Source: an uncultured Erysipelotrichaceae bacterium
GTDB lineage: Bacteria > Bacillota_I > Bacilli_A > RFN20 > CAG-826
Assembly (NCBI GenBank): GCA_902791935.1
Contig: CADAXQ010000006.1
Coordinates: forward strand, 8,129 to 72,128
Length of the DNA stretch: 64,000 bases
Reading direction: 5' to 3'
The translations under genes and the position numbers were made by a program. The notes below the pieces were generated by a model. The model saw only the letters and a list, made by a program, of their open reading frames with translations. It made no database searches and was not told the origin of the DNA. Below, in pieces: positions 1 to 9,506 of the stretch. Every line of letters begins with the position of its first letter. The stretch's first letter is position 1.

Positions 1-298
1 AAGGGGCGATGTTATCCTTTTCATCCTTCTTTGGCTCTTCGAAATAAGCATAATGCGGGAAGTTTAAACCCGCCATCGATAAGCCACATTCATTGGTGGC
101 GTCGTAATAAAGTGGATAGTTGTCTTGGACGTAGGCCATACCGATTATCGCGTAATGGGAGGCCAAAGCAGCTTTTTGCCGGAATAACAAAGGGTAGTTT
201 CGTGGCGTGATGGTTACGCTTTCTTGATAGGAGTATTCGAGATCGAGATTACGGCCGAAATAGTGATCTTTAGTTTGAAAAGAAAGACAAGTGCACAT
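1..298 (-). CDS. Choloylglycine hydrolase / linear amide C-N hydrolase (Ntn family), N-terminal part; the gene runs off the window edge
   Basis: Own translation of the minus strand from ATG at 296-298 gives MCTCLSFQTKDHYFGRNLDLEYSYQESVTITPRNYP... The Met-Cys start and FGRNxD motif are typical of bile-salt hydrolase/penicillin V acylase. GGAGG lies just upstream. It is absent from the ORF track because there is no in-window stop. Confidence 0.75.
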   Translation of the reverse strand, partial: MCTCLSFQTKDHYFGRNLDLEYSYQESVTITPRNYPLLFRQKAALASHYAIIGMAYVQDNYPLYYDATNECGLSMAGLNFPHYAYFEEPKKDEKDNIAP

Positions 299-419
299 GG
301 GAGTTCCTCCATTTTTATCGTACGCTTTGAAAGCAAAAACGGCAAAGGAAAGCCTTCTTTTGACTCCTAAAGAAAAGAAAAACGGGACCAGTTGGATCCC
401 GTTATTCATGCTTTTGAAA

Positions 420-1319
420 TTAACCTTGTTTTGTGAAGAGGTTATCAACCGAGTAGGCATCGGTGTGGTTCCACATGTCACGTAAGAGTTTTGCCCGTTC
501 GATGTCACCACTGCCAGAAACCGTGAAGAGCACTTCGCTTAAACCAGCACGGCCTTGATCAATGGCTTCTTTGGTGAAGTCGACCAAGCAAACGGTCGGA
601 GAAGGGAAGTTCGTGAGCGGATTTGTTGAAGCGCTGTCCGTTTCGTTTAACGCGAATTTGTCGTAGTTCGATTCTGCCACAGAAGCACGAGTGCGATATG
701 GCGCTTGGAAGAGTTCCGGACCAGCTTGTTCAAATAAGTTCGAATTGACATATAAGAAACGGCTGAACGCGCTTTGTCCGCCGAGCGTTAACGTGTAGTT
801 CGCATCATTGTCGGAGACATAGGACGTATTGAACGCATAAGCTTTGAATGGTTTCCCGTCGGAGATCTTCATCGCATAGGCTTCTTTGTTCCAGTTATCG
901 TTCAAATATTTCAAACCGGTTTCGATGTTGTCCGAAGTCGAATCATTTTCTTTGTAGAAGACCACGAAGAACTTCTCGCCATAGGTGTTAATGAAATCTT
1001 GATAAGGAGCAGTGGAATCGTTCGTAGAGCCATCATAGGCAATGGCGTTGCATTCCGCTAATTTTTGCGCCAGTTTATCGCCATCCGTAACGGCTTCTCC
1101 GAGTTGATATTCCTCTCCATTGATCGAAATATCGTATTGTTTATAGAATTGGCCGGAACCCGAACCCGAGAACGATTGGGCCCAACGGGTAATCGAAGGA
1201 ATAGAGAAGATAATGGCGAAGATGGCACCGACAATCAATAACGGTTGCACCCACGCGGTTTCTTTAATCCAACGCCAAATTCTTACAAAGAATGCGCCGA
1301 TGGCTTTTAATACAATCAT
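420..1319 (-). CDS. Hypothetical protein with an N-terminal membrane anchor
   Basis: 299-aa ORF with one N-terminal hydrophobic helix (PLLIVGAIFAIIFSIPSI) followed by a polar domain. GGAGG lies upstream of the ATG. No family recognised. Confidence 0.55.
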   Translation of the reverse strand: MIVLKAIGAFFVRIWRWIKETAWVQPLLIVGAIFAIIFSIPSITRWAQSFSGSGSGQFYKQYDISINGEEYQLGEAVTDGDKLAQKLAECNAIAYDGSTNDSTAPYQDFINTYGEKFFVVFYKENDSTSDNIETGLKYLNDNWNKEAYAMKISDGKPFKAYAFNTSYVSDNDANYTLTLGGQSAFSRFLYVNSNLFEQAGPELFQAPYRTRASVAESNYDKFALNETDSASTNPLTNFPSPTVCLVDFTKEAIDQGRAGLSEVLFTVSGSGDIERAKLLRDMWNHTDAYSVDNLFTKQG

Positions 1320-1531
1320 GCGAAACCTCCAAAAAAGACCTGTCTTTCTAGAAACAGCGCTTAAATCTTATCATTATGACTTGCGATAGGCAATTACGGA
1401 CATGAACTTTTTCTTTTCTAAAAGAAAGAATAGACCGGATGGGACAGGAAAGGCAAGTCCGGATGACGAAATACGAAAGCGCTTTTATCCGATTGAGAAT
1501 CGTTTTCCTTGCCTTATAATAAATACCACAA

Positions 1532-2560
1532 ATGGGCAAAGGCAAGTCGCGCTGGGCAAATCAAAAGGAACAGGTTCAGAATTGGCTTTATGACCACCTG
1601 GCCATCAAACATGCGTTGCAATATACGGGTTTGTTCCTTTTATCCTCGCTTTCGGCTTTTGTCTTCGCTTTCGGCTTTAATACCTTTGTGGATTTGAATT
1701 CCATCGGGGATGGCAAAATCGTTGCCGGTGGCGTTTCTGGTATCTCTCAGACCTTCACGCTATTCTTAGAAGTATGTGGCGTGGATATTCAAGATGAGAA
1801 TTTATTGATCTCTATCCTTTATTTCGTTTTGAACGTCCCAGTGATCATCTTGGCTTGGTTTGGCATCGGAAAGAAATACACCATCTTTACGTTGGTCAAT
1901 GTTGCCGAAGTTTCTTTATTCGTGCGGTTGCTCAATTCTTCGCACGTGCAACTTGTCGGTGATGTGGCCGAATGGGTCAACAATAATGCGGGCTTCTTGG
2001 CCCGTGCCATTTTTGGCGGTGTTACGACGGGTTTGAGTTCTGCCTTGGCATTAAAAGGTGACTTCTCCGCGGGCGGTGTCGACATCATTGCGCACTACAT
2101 TTCACTTCGGAAACGCACTTCGGTTGGCAAATATTCTGTGACGATCAATACCATCACCATGATTTTGTTCACGATTCTTAGCTGTTGCAAAGCCAACTGG
2201 GTAGAAACCAGTGTTGCGGAATATATCGCGCATGCTTTCTTCTCCACCGTTTATCTCTTTGTTGCCGGCTTAGTCATTGACCGCATCCATACGCGGAACA
2301 AGAAATGCAAAGTGGAAGTGGTGACGAACAACGAAGCGTTAGGCCAGTTCATCATCACGAATCTTCCTCACTCTGCCACCATGACGAAAGGCATCGGGGT
2401 TTATACGGGCACGGAACGTTATATCTTCACGATTGTGATCTCGACTTACGAAATCAACAATGCGCTTCGTCTGATTAAAAAAGAAGACCCAAACGCCTTC
2501 ATTCAAGTCGTACCACTAGAACGGGTAGAAGGCCGTTTCTATACAAGACCGATTCAATAA
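1532..2560 (+). CDS. YitT-family membrane protein (DUF2179 C-terminal domain)
   Basis: 342 aa with multiple TM helices. The GGVDIIAHYIS motif and C-terminal soluble domain are typical of the YitT/DUF2179 family. Confidence 0.75.
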   Translation: MGKGKSRWANQKEQVQNWLYDHLAIKHALQYTGLFLLSSLSAFVFAFGFNTFVDLNSIGDGKIVAGGVSGISQTFTLFLEVCGVDIQDENLLISILYFVLNVPVIILAWFGIGKKYTIFTLVNVAEVSLFVRLLNSSHVQLVGDVAEWVNNNAGFLARAIFGGVTTGLSSALALKGDFSAGGVDIIAHYISLRKRTSVGKYSVTINTITMILFTILSCCKANWVETSVAEYIAHAFFSTVYLFVAGLVIDRIHTRNKKCKVEVVTNNEALGQFIITNLPHSATMTKGIGVYTGTERYIFTIVISTYEINNALRLIKKEDPNAFIQVVPLERVEGRFYTRPIQ

Positions 2561-2579
2561 AATCATTGGGATTTCTAAG

Positions 2580-2603
2580 GGATTTCGTAAGAAATCCTTT
2601 TTT
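2580..2603 (+). terminator. Rho-independent terminator after the YitT-family gene
   Basis: GGATTTC-gtaa-GAAATCC hairpin followed by TTTTTT. Confidence 0.6.
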
Positions 2604-2668
2604 CTTTATAGAAATCCGATGTTTTTTAGAAAAGATAGGTAAATCCCCATTCAATATGATCGGTGGGA

Positions 2669-2701
2669 GAAAAGAAAAGGCATCGGAAGCACTCCGATGC
2701 C
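2669..2701 (-). terminator. Rho-independent terminator after rnfA
   Basis: On the minus strand, a GGCATCGGA-gtgct-TCCGATGCC hairpin is followed by TTTTCTTTTC, directly downstream of the rnfA stop. Confidence 0.65.
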
Positions 2702-2716
2702 AGTAAGGATGAAGGA

Positions 2717-3298
2717 TTAGAACGTCATCATCCAGCAACCGAGGCAAAGCCCGGCGATGGAAAGAAGAAGTAACGGCATGGTCGCAAAACGGAACGGGCC
2801 ATTTGTGTTAGAGACGGAAAGTCGATCTAAGACGGCGCCCGTGGCGTAACTAGCGGCCAAGTAACCTAATGGCAAGCAAATGATGCTGCCGATTAACATG
2901 ACGGCATCCGTGCCAGCTTCGTAAGAAAGCAAGACGACCACCAAAGCAAGCAAAGAAGAATTTAAGCCGATTTCGACATAGGAGTCGGATAAATCGTTCC
3001 GCATGGCTTCAGGGAAGCAATATTTCGTAAGAAGAGCGAAACCGCCTAAGCAGATCGACATGATGAGCACCGCGAAAAGCGGAGTCAGATACGTCCACAT
3101 GGCGTTATTTGCCGCCAAAGCACGGAACCCCCAGCCTGCAAAGCCCAAGATCAAGGCTTCCACAAAATAGAGGCACAAAAGCACCCAACGATAATGGGTC
3201 TTTTTGGCGCCAAGGGCAACGTTTTGCCGTAAACCATAGCCCGATAACACCAAGCTATGCGCGAAGAATGCCGATAAGAGAACACCTAAGAATTGCAT
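2717..3298 (-). CDS. rnfA: Rnf electron-transport complex subunit A (RnfA/NqrE family)
   Basis: Polytopic membrane protein MQFLGVLLSAFFAHSLVLSGYGL... The ORF-track extension to 3436 overlaps rnfE, so I trimmed it to the ATG at 3296-3298, 2 nt after the rnfE stop. Confidence 0.85.
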   Translation of the reverse strand: MQFLGVLLSAFFAHSLVLSGYGLRQNVALGAKKTHYRWVLLCLYFVEALILGFAGWGFRALAANNAMWTYLTPLFAVLIMSICLGGFALLTKYCFPEAMRNDLSDSYVEIGLNSSLLALVVVLLSYEAGTDAVMLIGSIICLPLGYLAASYATGAVLDRLSVSNTNGPFRFATMPLLLLSIAGLCLGCWMMTF

Positions 3299-3300
3299 GG

Positions 3301-3978
3301 TTATTTTGCCTCCTTGGCTACGGAAGCCTTTTGCTTTTTCGCTTCGAGAATCGCAAGATGAATGCCTGAGAAGATAGCCACTAAGAAGAAGCCACCAAAC
3401 GGTTGTGAGAGAATGCCTAACGTCCAGCCACTCCATGCGGTCCAGGTAGAAGAAGTGCCATCAATCGCGGTGAACGTAATCGCGCCAGTGGCCAAAAGTT
3501 CGCGGACAAAGGCGATGAGCACCAAGGCAAGCAAGAAGCCAATGCCGCTTCCTAACGCATCCCCAAGATTGTCAGATAAAGGATGTTCCAAACTCTCTTG
3601 CCCTTTGATGAGTACCAAAGAGGTGGTGGAGATAAACGGAACCAACGTCAATAAGGCAATGGCTTTTTCGTTTTCCGTGTCGATGAGTTTTGGCGCATAC
3701 GCCACCAAAAGAAGCATGGTCACGGTAGCAAAGCAAGCCGAGAGAATTGCCGATAAGATCGTCGCCCCGACTTTGTTTAAGAACGAATGGCAAAGTGAAA
3801 CGATAAGGACGGTCAAGAAGAGGATGACCAACGTTAAGACACCAACCATCAAGGCGGTTTGGAATCTCGTGGTCGCTAAAACGGCTAACGTAAGTCCTAA
3901 GAATAACGTCAAAACGGGGTTATTGAAGTAAAGGCCGTCAAGGAATGAGGATAAAAATCCTTTTTTCGTTTGTTCCAT
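3301..3978 (-). CDS. rnfE: Rnf complex subunit E (RnfE/NqrD family)
   Basis: 225-aa polytopic membrane protein in the conserved position between rnfG and rnfA. Sequence is typical of RnfE (NNPVLTLFLGLT..., LGDALGSGIGF). Confidence 0.85.
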   Translation of the reverse strand: MEQTKKGFLSSFLDGLYFNNPVLTLFLGLTLAVLATTRFQTALMVGVLTLVILFLTVLIVSLCHSFLNKVGATILSAILSACFATVTMLLLVAYAPKLIDTENEKAIALLTLVPFISTTSLVLIKGQESLEHPLSDNLGDALGSGIGFLLALVLIAFVRELLATGAITFTAIDGTSSTWTAWSGWTLGILSQPFGGFFLVAIFSGIHLAILEAKKQKASVAKEAK

Positions 3979-3981
3979 GGC

Positions 3982-4518
3982 TTATTCCCTCCCTTTCGCG
4001 TCGGTTAACGCAGCGTCGACCGCCGTTTGCATGGCAACAGGCGTTTCTTGCACGGTTGCCCCGGTGACAACGACATCGGACGAGCCATCATAGCCGATGA
4101 AATCTTTGGTCGCCCGTGCCCAATTCGTGCCTTGATCGTCTTCGTTTGATTTCACGAAGGCATAGTAAGCGACGGCATCATTTTTAATGCCGATATCGAA
4201 CGTGACTTTGCCACCGAACCCCGTTGCGCTACGGCAACGATAGTAGAAGGCTTTGACGGACGTGTCAGGCAAATAGACGCGGTAACCATCAAGTAAGTAT
4301 GATTTCGAAGTAACGGTCGTCTCGTCAATGATTTTGGTGACACCGGTAGGAGCGTCATCTGCAAATAACGTGGCGACGACCTCAGGAACGGCATCGCCAG
4401 AAGGAACGCGCGCGGCAATGGCTGGGGCTGTCACTCCATAATAGATGCCGACGCTTGCCCCTACGGCTGCCACCGCAGCAAAGCAACAAACCAAGGCGGT
4501 TTTTCCAATTAAATTCAT
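3982..4518 (-). CDS. rnfG: Rnf complex subunit G (FMN-binding)
   Basis: N-terminal TM anchor plus an FMN_bind-like domain ending in SSDVVVTGATV (the Dxx(S/T)GAT flavinylation motif). Start trimmed to the ATG at 4516-4518, downstream of the rnfD stop. Confidence 0.8.
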   Translation of the reverse strand: MNLIGKTALVCCFAAVAAVGASVGIYYGVTAPAIAARVPSGDAVPEVVATLFADDAPTGVTKIIDETTVTSKSYLLDGYRVYLPDTSVKAFYYRCRSATGFGGKVTFDIGIKNDAVAYYAFVKSNEDDQGTNWARATKDFIGYDGSSDVVVTGATVQETPVAMQTAVDAALTDAKGRE

Positions 4519-4531
4519 GGTTCTTTCCTCC

Positions 4532-5653
4532 TTATGCAGCAAATCTTCCATCGGCTTGAATCGTGTGTTGTAACCCAAAGGTCAGCCCGACGGCCAACAC
4601 CGCGAGGAAGAGGACGCAAACGACAATGGTCGGAACGAGATTATTCCGCGTCCGTCCTTTGACGACCTTATCAATCAATGGCGTTAAGAAGTTCATGATC
4701 AAGATGGAATAGGCAACGCCTTCAGGTGAAGCGGTGAAGAGACGAAGCAAGATGGTAATGAATGCACTGCCTAAGGCAAAGATGATTCGTCCCGAACGGG
4801 CAGTGGGGCTCGTGACGGGATCCGTTAAGCAAAGGATGCCGCCAAAGAAGATGCCGCCAATGGCCGTGTATTTGAATGCATCGGCAAAGGCATATGTGCC
4901 ATCCTTCATCGCAAAGAACATAAGCAAGAACGCCAAATACAACGAACCGATGTAGAAGACAGGAACACGCCAATCAATGATTTCGCGGACGCAAAGATAG
5001 ACGCAAATCACCAAAAGGAGCAATAAATACGTCTCGCCTAAGGCGCCATAGTAAGCGCCTAAGAACACTTTGCCAAAATCAAAGTGACTGCCAATTAAGC
5101 CTTGGAAACCAGAGGTTCCGTTCGAAGCGGTTAAAGAAGCGCCAGTTTCGACAAACGCGCTATCGCTCTTATAGGCATTCATGCCCGAAGAGAAGACGAG
5201 TTGCGCAAAAATGCGGCCGATAATCGCGGGATTGAAGATGTTATGACCAAATCCGCCAAACAATAATTTGAAGAAGAATGTGCCGACAAACGCGCTGATC
5301 CCGACTTGCCACCAAGGCAAAGAAATCGTGCAAAGCAACGCCACGAGTAATCCCGTCACAAAGGAGTAGGAATGCAAGATGCGGTAACCATATTCTTTCC
5401 AACGATTTCCGACGGTATCTTTCTTCCATAAAACCGGTAAGTGATATAAGACATCGGCAAAGTCAGCGAATAAGATGCCAGCAAGGCCATTCACAAAGGC
5501 ATTGAGGCCATTATATTCGGCCGTGCCTTTGATGCTATAAAAGACAATGGCATAAATCCAAAGGGCAACCAAGCAGCCAAAGAATTCGAACATCTTCTGC
5601 GTCAAACTGACTTTGGTGCGTAATTGCGGAGCGGTTTCGATGACGGTTTCCAT
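4532..5653 (-). CDS. rnfD: Rnf complex subunit D (RnfD/NqrB family)
   Basis: 373-aa polytopic membrane protein containing a VETGASLTA (TGAS) motif. Its start overlaps the rnfC stop by 1 nt. Confidence 0.85.
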   Translation of the reverse strand: METVIETAPQLRTKVSLTQKMFEFFGCLVALWIYAIVFYSIKGTAEYNGLNAFVNGLAGILFADFADVLYHLPVLWKKDTVGNRWKEYGYRILHSYSFVTGLLVALLCTISLPWWQVGISAFVGTFFFKLLFGGFGHNIFNPAIIGRIFAQLVFSSGMNAYKSDSAFVETGASLTASNGTSGFQGLIGSHFDFGKVFLGAYYGALGETYLLLLLVICVYLCVREIIDWRVPVFYIGSLYLAFLLMFFAMKDGTYAFADAFKYTAIGGIFFGGILCLTDPVTSPTARSGRIIFALGSAFITILLRLFTASPEGVAYSILIMNFLTPLIDKVVKGRTRNNLVPTIVVCVLFLAVLAVGLTFGLQHTIQADGRFAA

Positions 5654-6957
5654 TATTTGCCCTCCTTCATAGCCATTAAGACTTTGGCTTTCGCTTCTTG
5701 GACGTTACGCGAAACATCGATTCTCGCGGGGCAGACAAAAGAACAAAGTCCGCAACCGCAGCATCGTTCCGCATGTAACGCCTTCATGCGTTCTAAGTCA
5801 TTCCGTTTCAACGCCATTTGAATTTGCACCGGTTGCAAATCCATCGGGCATTGCTTGCAACAATCGCCACAATGCCAGCAAGGTTCGGCCCGGAACGCAT
5901 TGGCCTTCATGACCAAAACGCCGTTTGACTGCATTAATGTGGCAAAATGCGAAGAAGCCAAGCAGTTGCCGTTTAACGGGCCACCATTGATGTATTTGCC
6001 TTTTTCGATGGTTTCACCACCAGCTAATGCGATTAAATCATCGGCTGCGACGCCATAAGGCGTTAAGACGTTCTTCGGTTCTTTGACTTCACCGGCCACC
6101 GTGATACAACGAAGATCCGGTGTCTTTCCTTCCGTGAAGTAACGGCCAAGCAAGATAAACGTATAGATGTTATCGACAATGGCTTGGGCTTCAATCGGAA
6201 TATTCATGTATTCCTTTTTCGTGACTAATGTGACGAGATTCCGTTCATAACCCATCGGGTATTTGTCGGCTGTCGCATAGAGTTCGACCGGAATATCGGG
6301 GTATTTTTCGTGATTGACGCGATAGGCTTCGAGCAAGGCTGGTTTGTCTTTCTTCGTGCAGAATGCCACCCGTTTGGCACCCGTTACCTTTAATAAATAA
6401 GGAAGGGCTTTCCAAACGTATTCGGCCATTTCGGCACCATAGACATAGTCTGTCGTTAAGAAAGGCTCGCATTCAATGGCGTTGATGATTAAGACATCGA
6501 CTGGTTTTCCCGAGTTGTACTTGCGGTAGGTCGGGAAGCCAGCGCCGCCCATGCCGATGACGCCCGAAGACTTCATTGCAGCAAGAATTTGCTCATTCGT
6601 GGCTTCTTCCCAAGAAGGAAGTGGTTTTGCCAACGTCCATTCGTCTTTCTTGTCGTTATGGATGCAGAAGACTTTTTGCGTTCTTCCTCCGGCGGTCAAA
6701 ATCGGTTCAATCGCCTCAATCGTGCCACTCACTGAGGAATAGATAGGGAAGTCGTCAGGGGCACGGGTGCCTAACAAACTTCCTTTTTCCACGGCATCAC
6801 CCACTTTTAAGGTGTTATTCAGTGGGTTGCCGCGGCCATCAAAGGCCGGGATGTAAACATATTCCGGGGCATACGTAACATAAGGCGCATCGGCCGTTTG
6901 CTCTTTATGTCCAGGAATATGGGTCGCTTCGTAGGAGCGGAACAAATGAAATGCCAT
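5653..6957 (-). CDS. rnfC: Rnf complex subunit C (NADH-binding, 2x[4Fe-4S])
   Basis: 434 aa with GMGGAGFPT nucleotide/FMN motifs and two ferredoxin-type cysteine clusters (CWHCGDCCKQCP, CCGCGLCSFVCP). Confidence 0.9.
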   Translation of the reverse strand: MAFHLFRSYEATHIPGHKEQTADAPYVTYAPEYVYIPAFDGRGNPLNNTLKVGDAVEKGSLLGTRAPDDFPIYSSVSGTIEAIEPILTAGGRTQKVFCIHNDKKDEWTLAKPLPSWEEATNEQILAAMKSSGVIGMGGAGFPTYRKYNSGKPVDVLIINAIECEPFLTTDYVYGAEMAEYVWKALPYLLKVTGAKRVAFCTKKDKPALLEAYRVNHEKYPDIPVELYATADKYPMGYERNLVTLVTKKEYMNIPIEAQAIVDNIYTFILLGRYFTEGKTPDLRCITVAGEVKEPKNVLTPYGVAADDLIALAGGETIEKGKYINGGPLNGNCLASSHFATLMQSNGVLVMKANAFRAEPCWHCGDCCKQCPMDLQPVQIQMALKRNDLERMKALHAERCCGCGLCSFVCPARIDVSRNVQEAKAKVLMAMKEGK

Positions 6958-6994
6958 AGGTTCTCCTTTTTTCTAGTATAAGATGAGGACAAAA

Positions 6995-7031
6995 AGTAAG
7001 AAAGAGCCCGACTCCAAAAAAGTCAGGCTCT
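6995..7031 (-). terminator. Rho-independent terminator between the lipoprotein gene and rnfC
   Basis: Minus strand: AGAGCCTGACT-loop-AGTCGGGCTCT (one G-U pair) followed by a T-rich run. Confidence 0.6.
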
Positions 7032-7049
7032 TTGCATCATCGATAACGA

Positions 7050-8630
7050 TTACGCCAAATAGGCATAAGCGCGATGCGCAAATTCGGCAAACGTTTCGAA
7101 TTCAGTCATCGTTGCGCCGGTCTTCACGCCGTCAAAGACAACGTAAATATGGCCGTCGGCATCTTTTTCTTCCGGCTTTTCCGAAGCAATCGCATTCGTG
7201 AAGTCTTTGCCAACAAAGGCTTTTTCGACCGCACGGATGTTCCATTGCCACCAGTTATTGGCATCGGCTGGGGCAACATTTTCTGGTGCCTCATGGCCTT
7301 TGGCCCAATAAGTGCAATCATATTCGGCTTTCGTCGCGGTGACGTTACCAAGGGTAGGAGCATAAAGCGTCGTGCCTGTGGCATCGTTAGAAATCGTGAC
7401 ATAGTGCGTGAACGCAGCGTTGTAATAGTCAGCGGCGCGATAAGGATCATTGCCATAGTAAGCCAAGGCATCGGTGCCTAAAGAGCTGCTATAGATCACG
7501 TTTTGCTTATTGGTCTTGGTGTCTTCATTCACTGTACCTGTCCAAATGGTGCCATTGACGGACATGTATTGGGCATAGTAAGCAGTCGTTGTGGTCGTGG
7601 TGCTATCGGAGTTCGTCTTCGTAGTGGTCTTCGAGAGAGTCGGGAATTCGGAATCGATCTTGGCAGAACCCCAGTTCTCTAAGAAACGAGTCGTTTCGTT
7701 GATGTGGGCATCTAAGACTTTGTTGTCACTGCCGACAACGAGTTCGACTTTGGAAATGCAGTTATAGTGACCGTTCGATTTCCGGCCATCTAATTTATCG
7801 GCGCCATAATAGGCAACGACTTTCGAAGTGCCTTTGAACGCAGTTTGGGCCAGTTCGATATAGGTTTCGAACGAGCCGAGGGTAGCACCGGTGGAAACGC
7901 TGTCTAACGTCCAGACTTTGTCATCGCCTTGTTCCATGGCGAAGTTTTTCGAAAGGTCTTTGCCTTTCAAGGCTTTTTCAATGTTTTGAATGTTCCATTT
8001 CCATTGCGAGCCATCGACGGATTTATCTTTGGTGACGCCCCAAGTCCAATAGGTGGAATCTTTCGAGGCTTTGGAGTAGATCATCGCGATTTCGCCTTCG
8101 ATCCGAGCGCCTGCGCTATCGGCACCATAGACGAAATTGTTGACGAGCGCATAGTAGAAATCAGAAAGTTCGGCTTGGGTACGAGAGCTGTCTTTGTAAT
8201 AGGCTTCTAAATCGGTGTCGCCATTCTTGTAGGCTAACTTGCTGCCATCGACAGAGGCAGTGAAGAGCTTGCCATTCACGTTAAGATATTTGGCATAGTT
8301 CTTGTCCCCGTTCTTTTCATCAGTAACGGTAACAACATTGTCGCCAGCTGCGGCACTGGTAACGCCAATCGTCGTGGCACCAAACTTCACTTCGTCAAAA
8401 CGGACGGAGTCAGCAATGCCTTTCTTCACTTGGACTTCAGCGCGAATGATGTTGTCCGAAACGATGCCATAAGCAATCCGAATGCCGCTATTTTCTTTGG
8501 TAGTTTGGCTCGATTCGGTCGAGGTGACAGAGTTAACCTTGCTGCTAGATTGGCCCCGGGTATCATTGCATCCCGCTAGGGCCATCAAGGCGGCTGCCGC
8601 TGTCAACAAAACTAATTTTTGTTCTTTCAT
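7050..8630 (-). CDS. Lipoprotein built of two homologous modules, each ending in an FMN-attachment-type motif (putative extracytoplasmic flavoprotein)
   Basis: Signal peptide with lipobox LMALAG|C. The two ~220-aa modules align with each other, for example YAKYLNVNGKLFTASV with YAQYMSVNGTIWTGTV and QWKWNIQNIEKALKGKD with WWQWNIRAVEKAFVGKD. They end in LDSVSTGATL (codons 7881-7892) and FDGVKTGATM (7110-7121). Start trimmed from a TTG at 8666 to the ATG at 8628-8630, which has GGAGG upstream. Confidence 0.7.
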   Translation of the reverse strand: MKEQKLVLLTAAAALMALAGCNDTRGQSSSKVNSVTSTESSQTTKENSGIRIAYGIVSDNIIRAEVQVKKGIADSVRFDEVKFGATTIGVTSAAAGDNVVTVTDEKNGDKNYAKYLNVNGKLFTASVDGSKLAYKNGDTDLEAYYKDSSRTQAELSDFYYALVNNFVYGADSAGARIEGEIAMIYSKASKDSTYWTWGVTKDKSVDGSQWKWNIQNIEKALKGKDLSKNFAMEQGDDKVWTLDSVSTGATLGSFETYIELAQTAFKGTSKVVAYYGADKLDGRKSNGHYNCISKVELVVGSDNKVLDAHINETTRFLENWGSAKIDSEFPTLSKTTTKTNSDSTTTTTTAYYAQYMSVNGTIWTGTVNEDTKTNKQNVIYSSSLGTDALAYYGNDPYRAADYYNAAFTHYVTISNDATGTTLYAPTLGNVTATKAEYDCTYWAKGHEAPENVAPADANNWWQWNIRAVEKAFVGKDFTNAIASEKPEEKDADGHIYVVFDGVKTGATMTEFETFAEFAHRAYAYLA

Positions 8631-8810
8631 CGGTATTTCCTCCAATACTTTTGGTTGAAAGCGCAAATATCATATCATGTTTTTTATAAAAATAGTAAAA
8701 AGTGAATTATTTCGTTAAAAATAACGTAAATCCTATGTTTTTTCGTTAAATGCAAAGAAAATGCTGGCTTCGATTTCACCGAAAAAACGAAAGAAACAAA
8801 ACTAACTTTC

Positions 8811-9440
8811 TTATTTATTAGAAGAAAAAGGTAAGGTTTTATTAGTATTTCCGAACCGATAGGAAACACTAACTGTCTCCGTATCAGAATGAGACTCATA
8901 ACAAACAGGAAGATAATCTTGATAAGCGACGGAAATCGTTGCTTGTTCTCTTTGATCTTGGAAAGAGAGGTTACCTTTTGCTTGGGAAGAGAGGTTGTGG
9001 ATCTGGGATTCTTCCGTAGAGGAAAGGTTTAGGAGCGCGCTTAACGCATCGCTTGGCAAAGTTAAGTAAGCGTAGTAATCCTTTAATAAGGTATTTAAGG
9101 TTTGCTGGGCTGTTTCTTGATTGGTGTCACTAGAAACGTTGCCATTTTGATCTACCGTATAGCAAAGATAGTCGCCATTATCTTGTTGTGTGACATAAGT
9201 GGCGCTAGCATTCATCCTAGAGATACGCGCGAAATACGAATCGGCTAACGAGAAACGGAATTCTTCCTCATTCGTCTGAATGGTGGCTTCATTTCGCTTG
9301 GCAATTAAATGTGAATCATGGCTTTCTTGGTGAAGGATATCTTGAGCACGCGCTTTCGCGTCTTGGAAAGAAATTTCGTTGGACGAGGTACAAGAAGCCA
9401 GGGCTAGCATAGCCAAGAAAGAGAGAACACCACGTTTCAT
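8811..9440 (-). CDS. Hypothetical lipoprotein
   Basis: 209 aa with signal peptide and lipobox LALAS|C. No family recognised. Confidence 0.6.
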   Translation of the reverse strand: MKRGVLSFLAMLALASCTSSNEISFQDAKARAQDILHQESHDSHLIAKRNEATIQTNEEEFRFSLADSYFARISRMNASATYVTQQDNGDYLCYTVDQNGNVSSDTNQETAQQTLNTLLKDYYAYLTLPSDALSALLNLSSTEESQIHNLSSQAKGNLSFQDQREQATISVAYQDYLPVCYESHSDTETVSVSYRFGNTNKTLPFSSNK

Positions 9441-9506
9441 GGTGGATATTTTGCCCCGCAGTGCCTAAGAATGCAATCCCGCCCCATTTTATGCTACAAT
9501 CGGCCC

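Noticed and set aside
1320-1531. The 210-nt region upstream of the YitT-family gene considered as a riboswitch. I also noted TTGAGA-N16-TATAAT ending only 11 nt before the ATG, with no RBS (a near-leaderless arrangement).
   Set aside because: I could not recognise any known riboswitch core (ydaO, SAM, purine, TPP or other) or a convincing terminator/antiterminator pair. The leaderless idea rests on a single promoter guess.
3299-3436. N-terminal extensions of track ORFs that overlap upstream or divergent genes: rnfA to 3436, rnfG to 4578, the lipoprotein to 8666, the CPBP protease to 24318, the CBS protein to 15769, gmk from 41450 and the cupin to 57050.
   Set aside because: Many use TTG/GTG pseudo-starts, overlap well-supported neighbours and lack an RBS. 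Internal ATGs with GGAGG-type RBS give family-typical N-termini.
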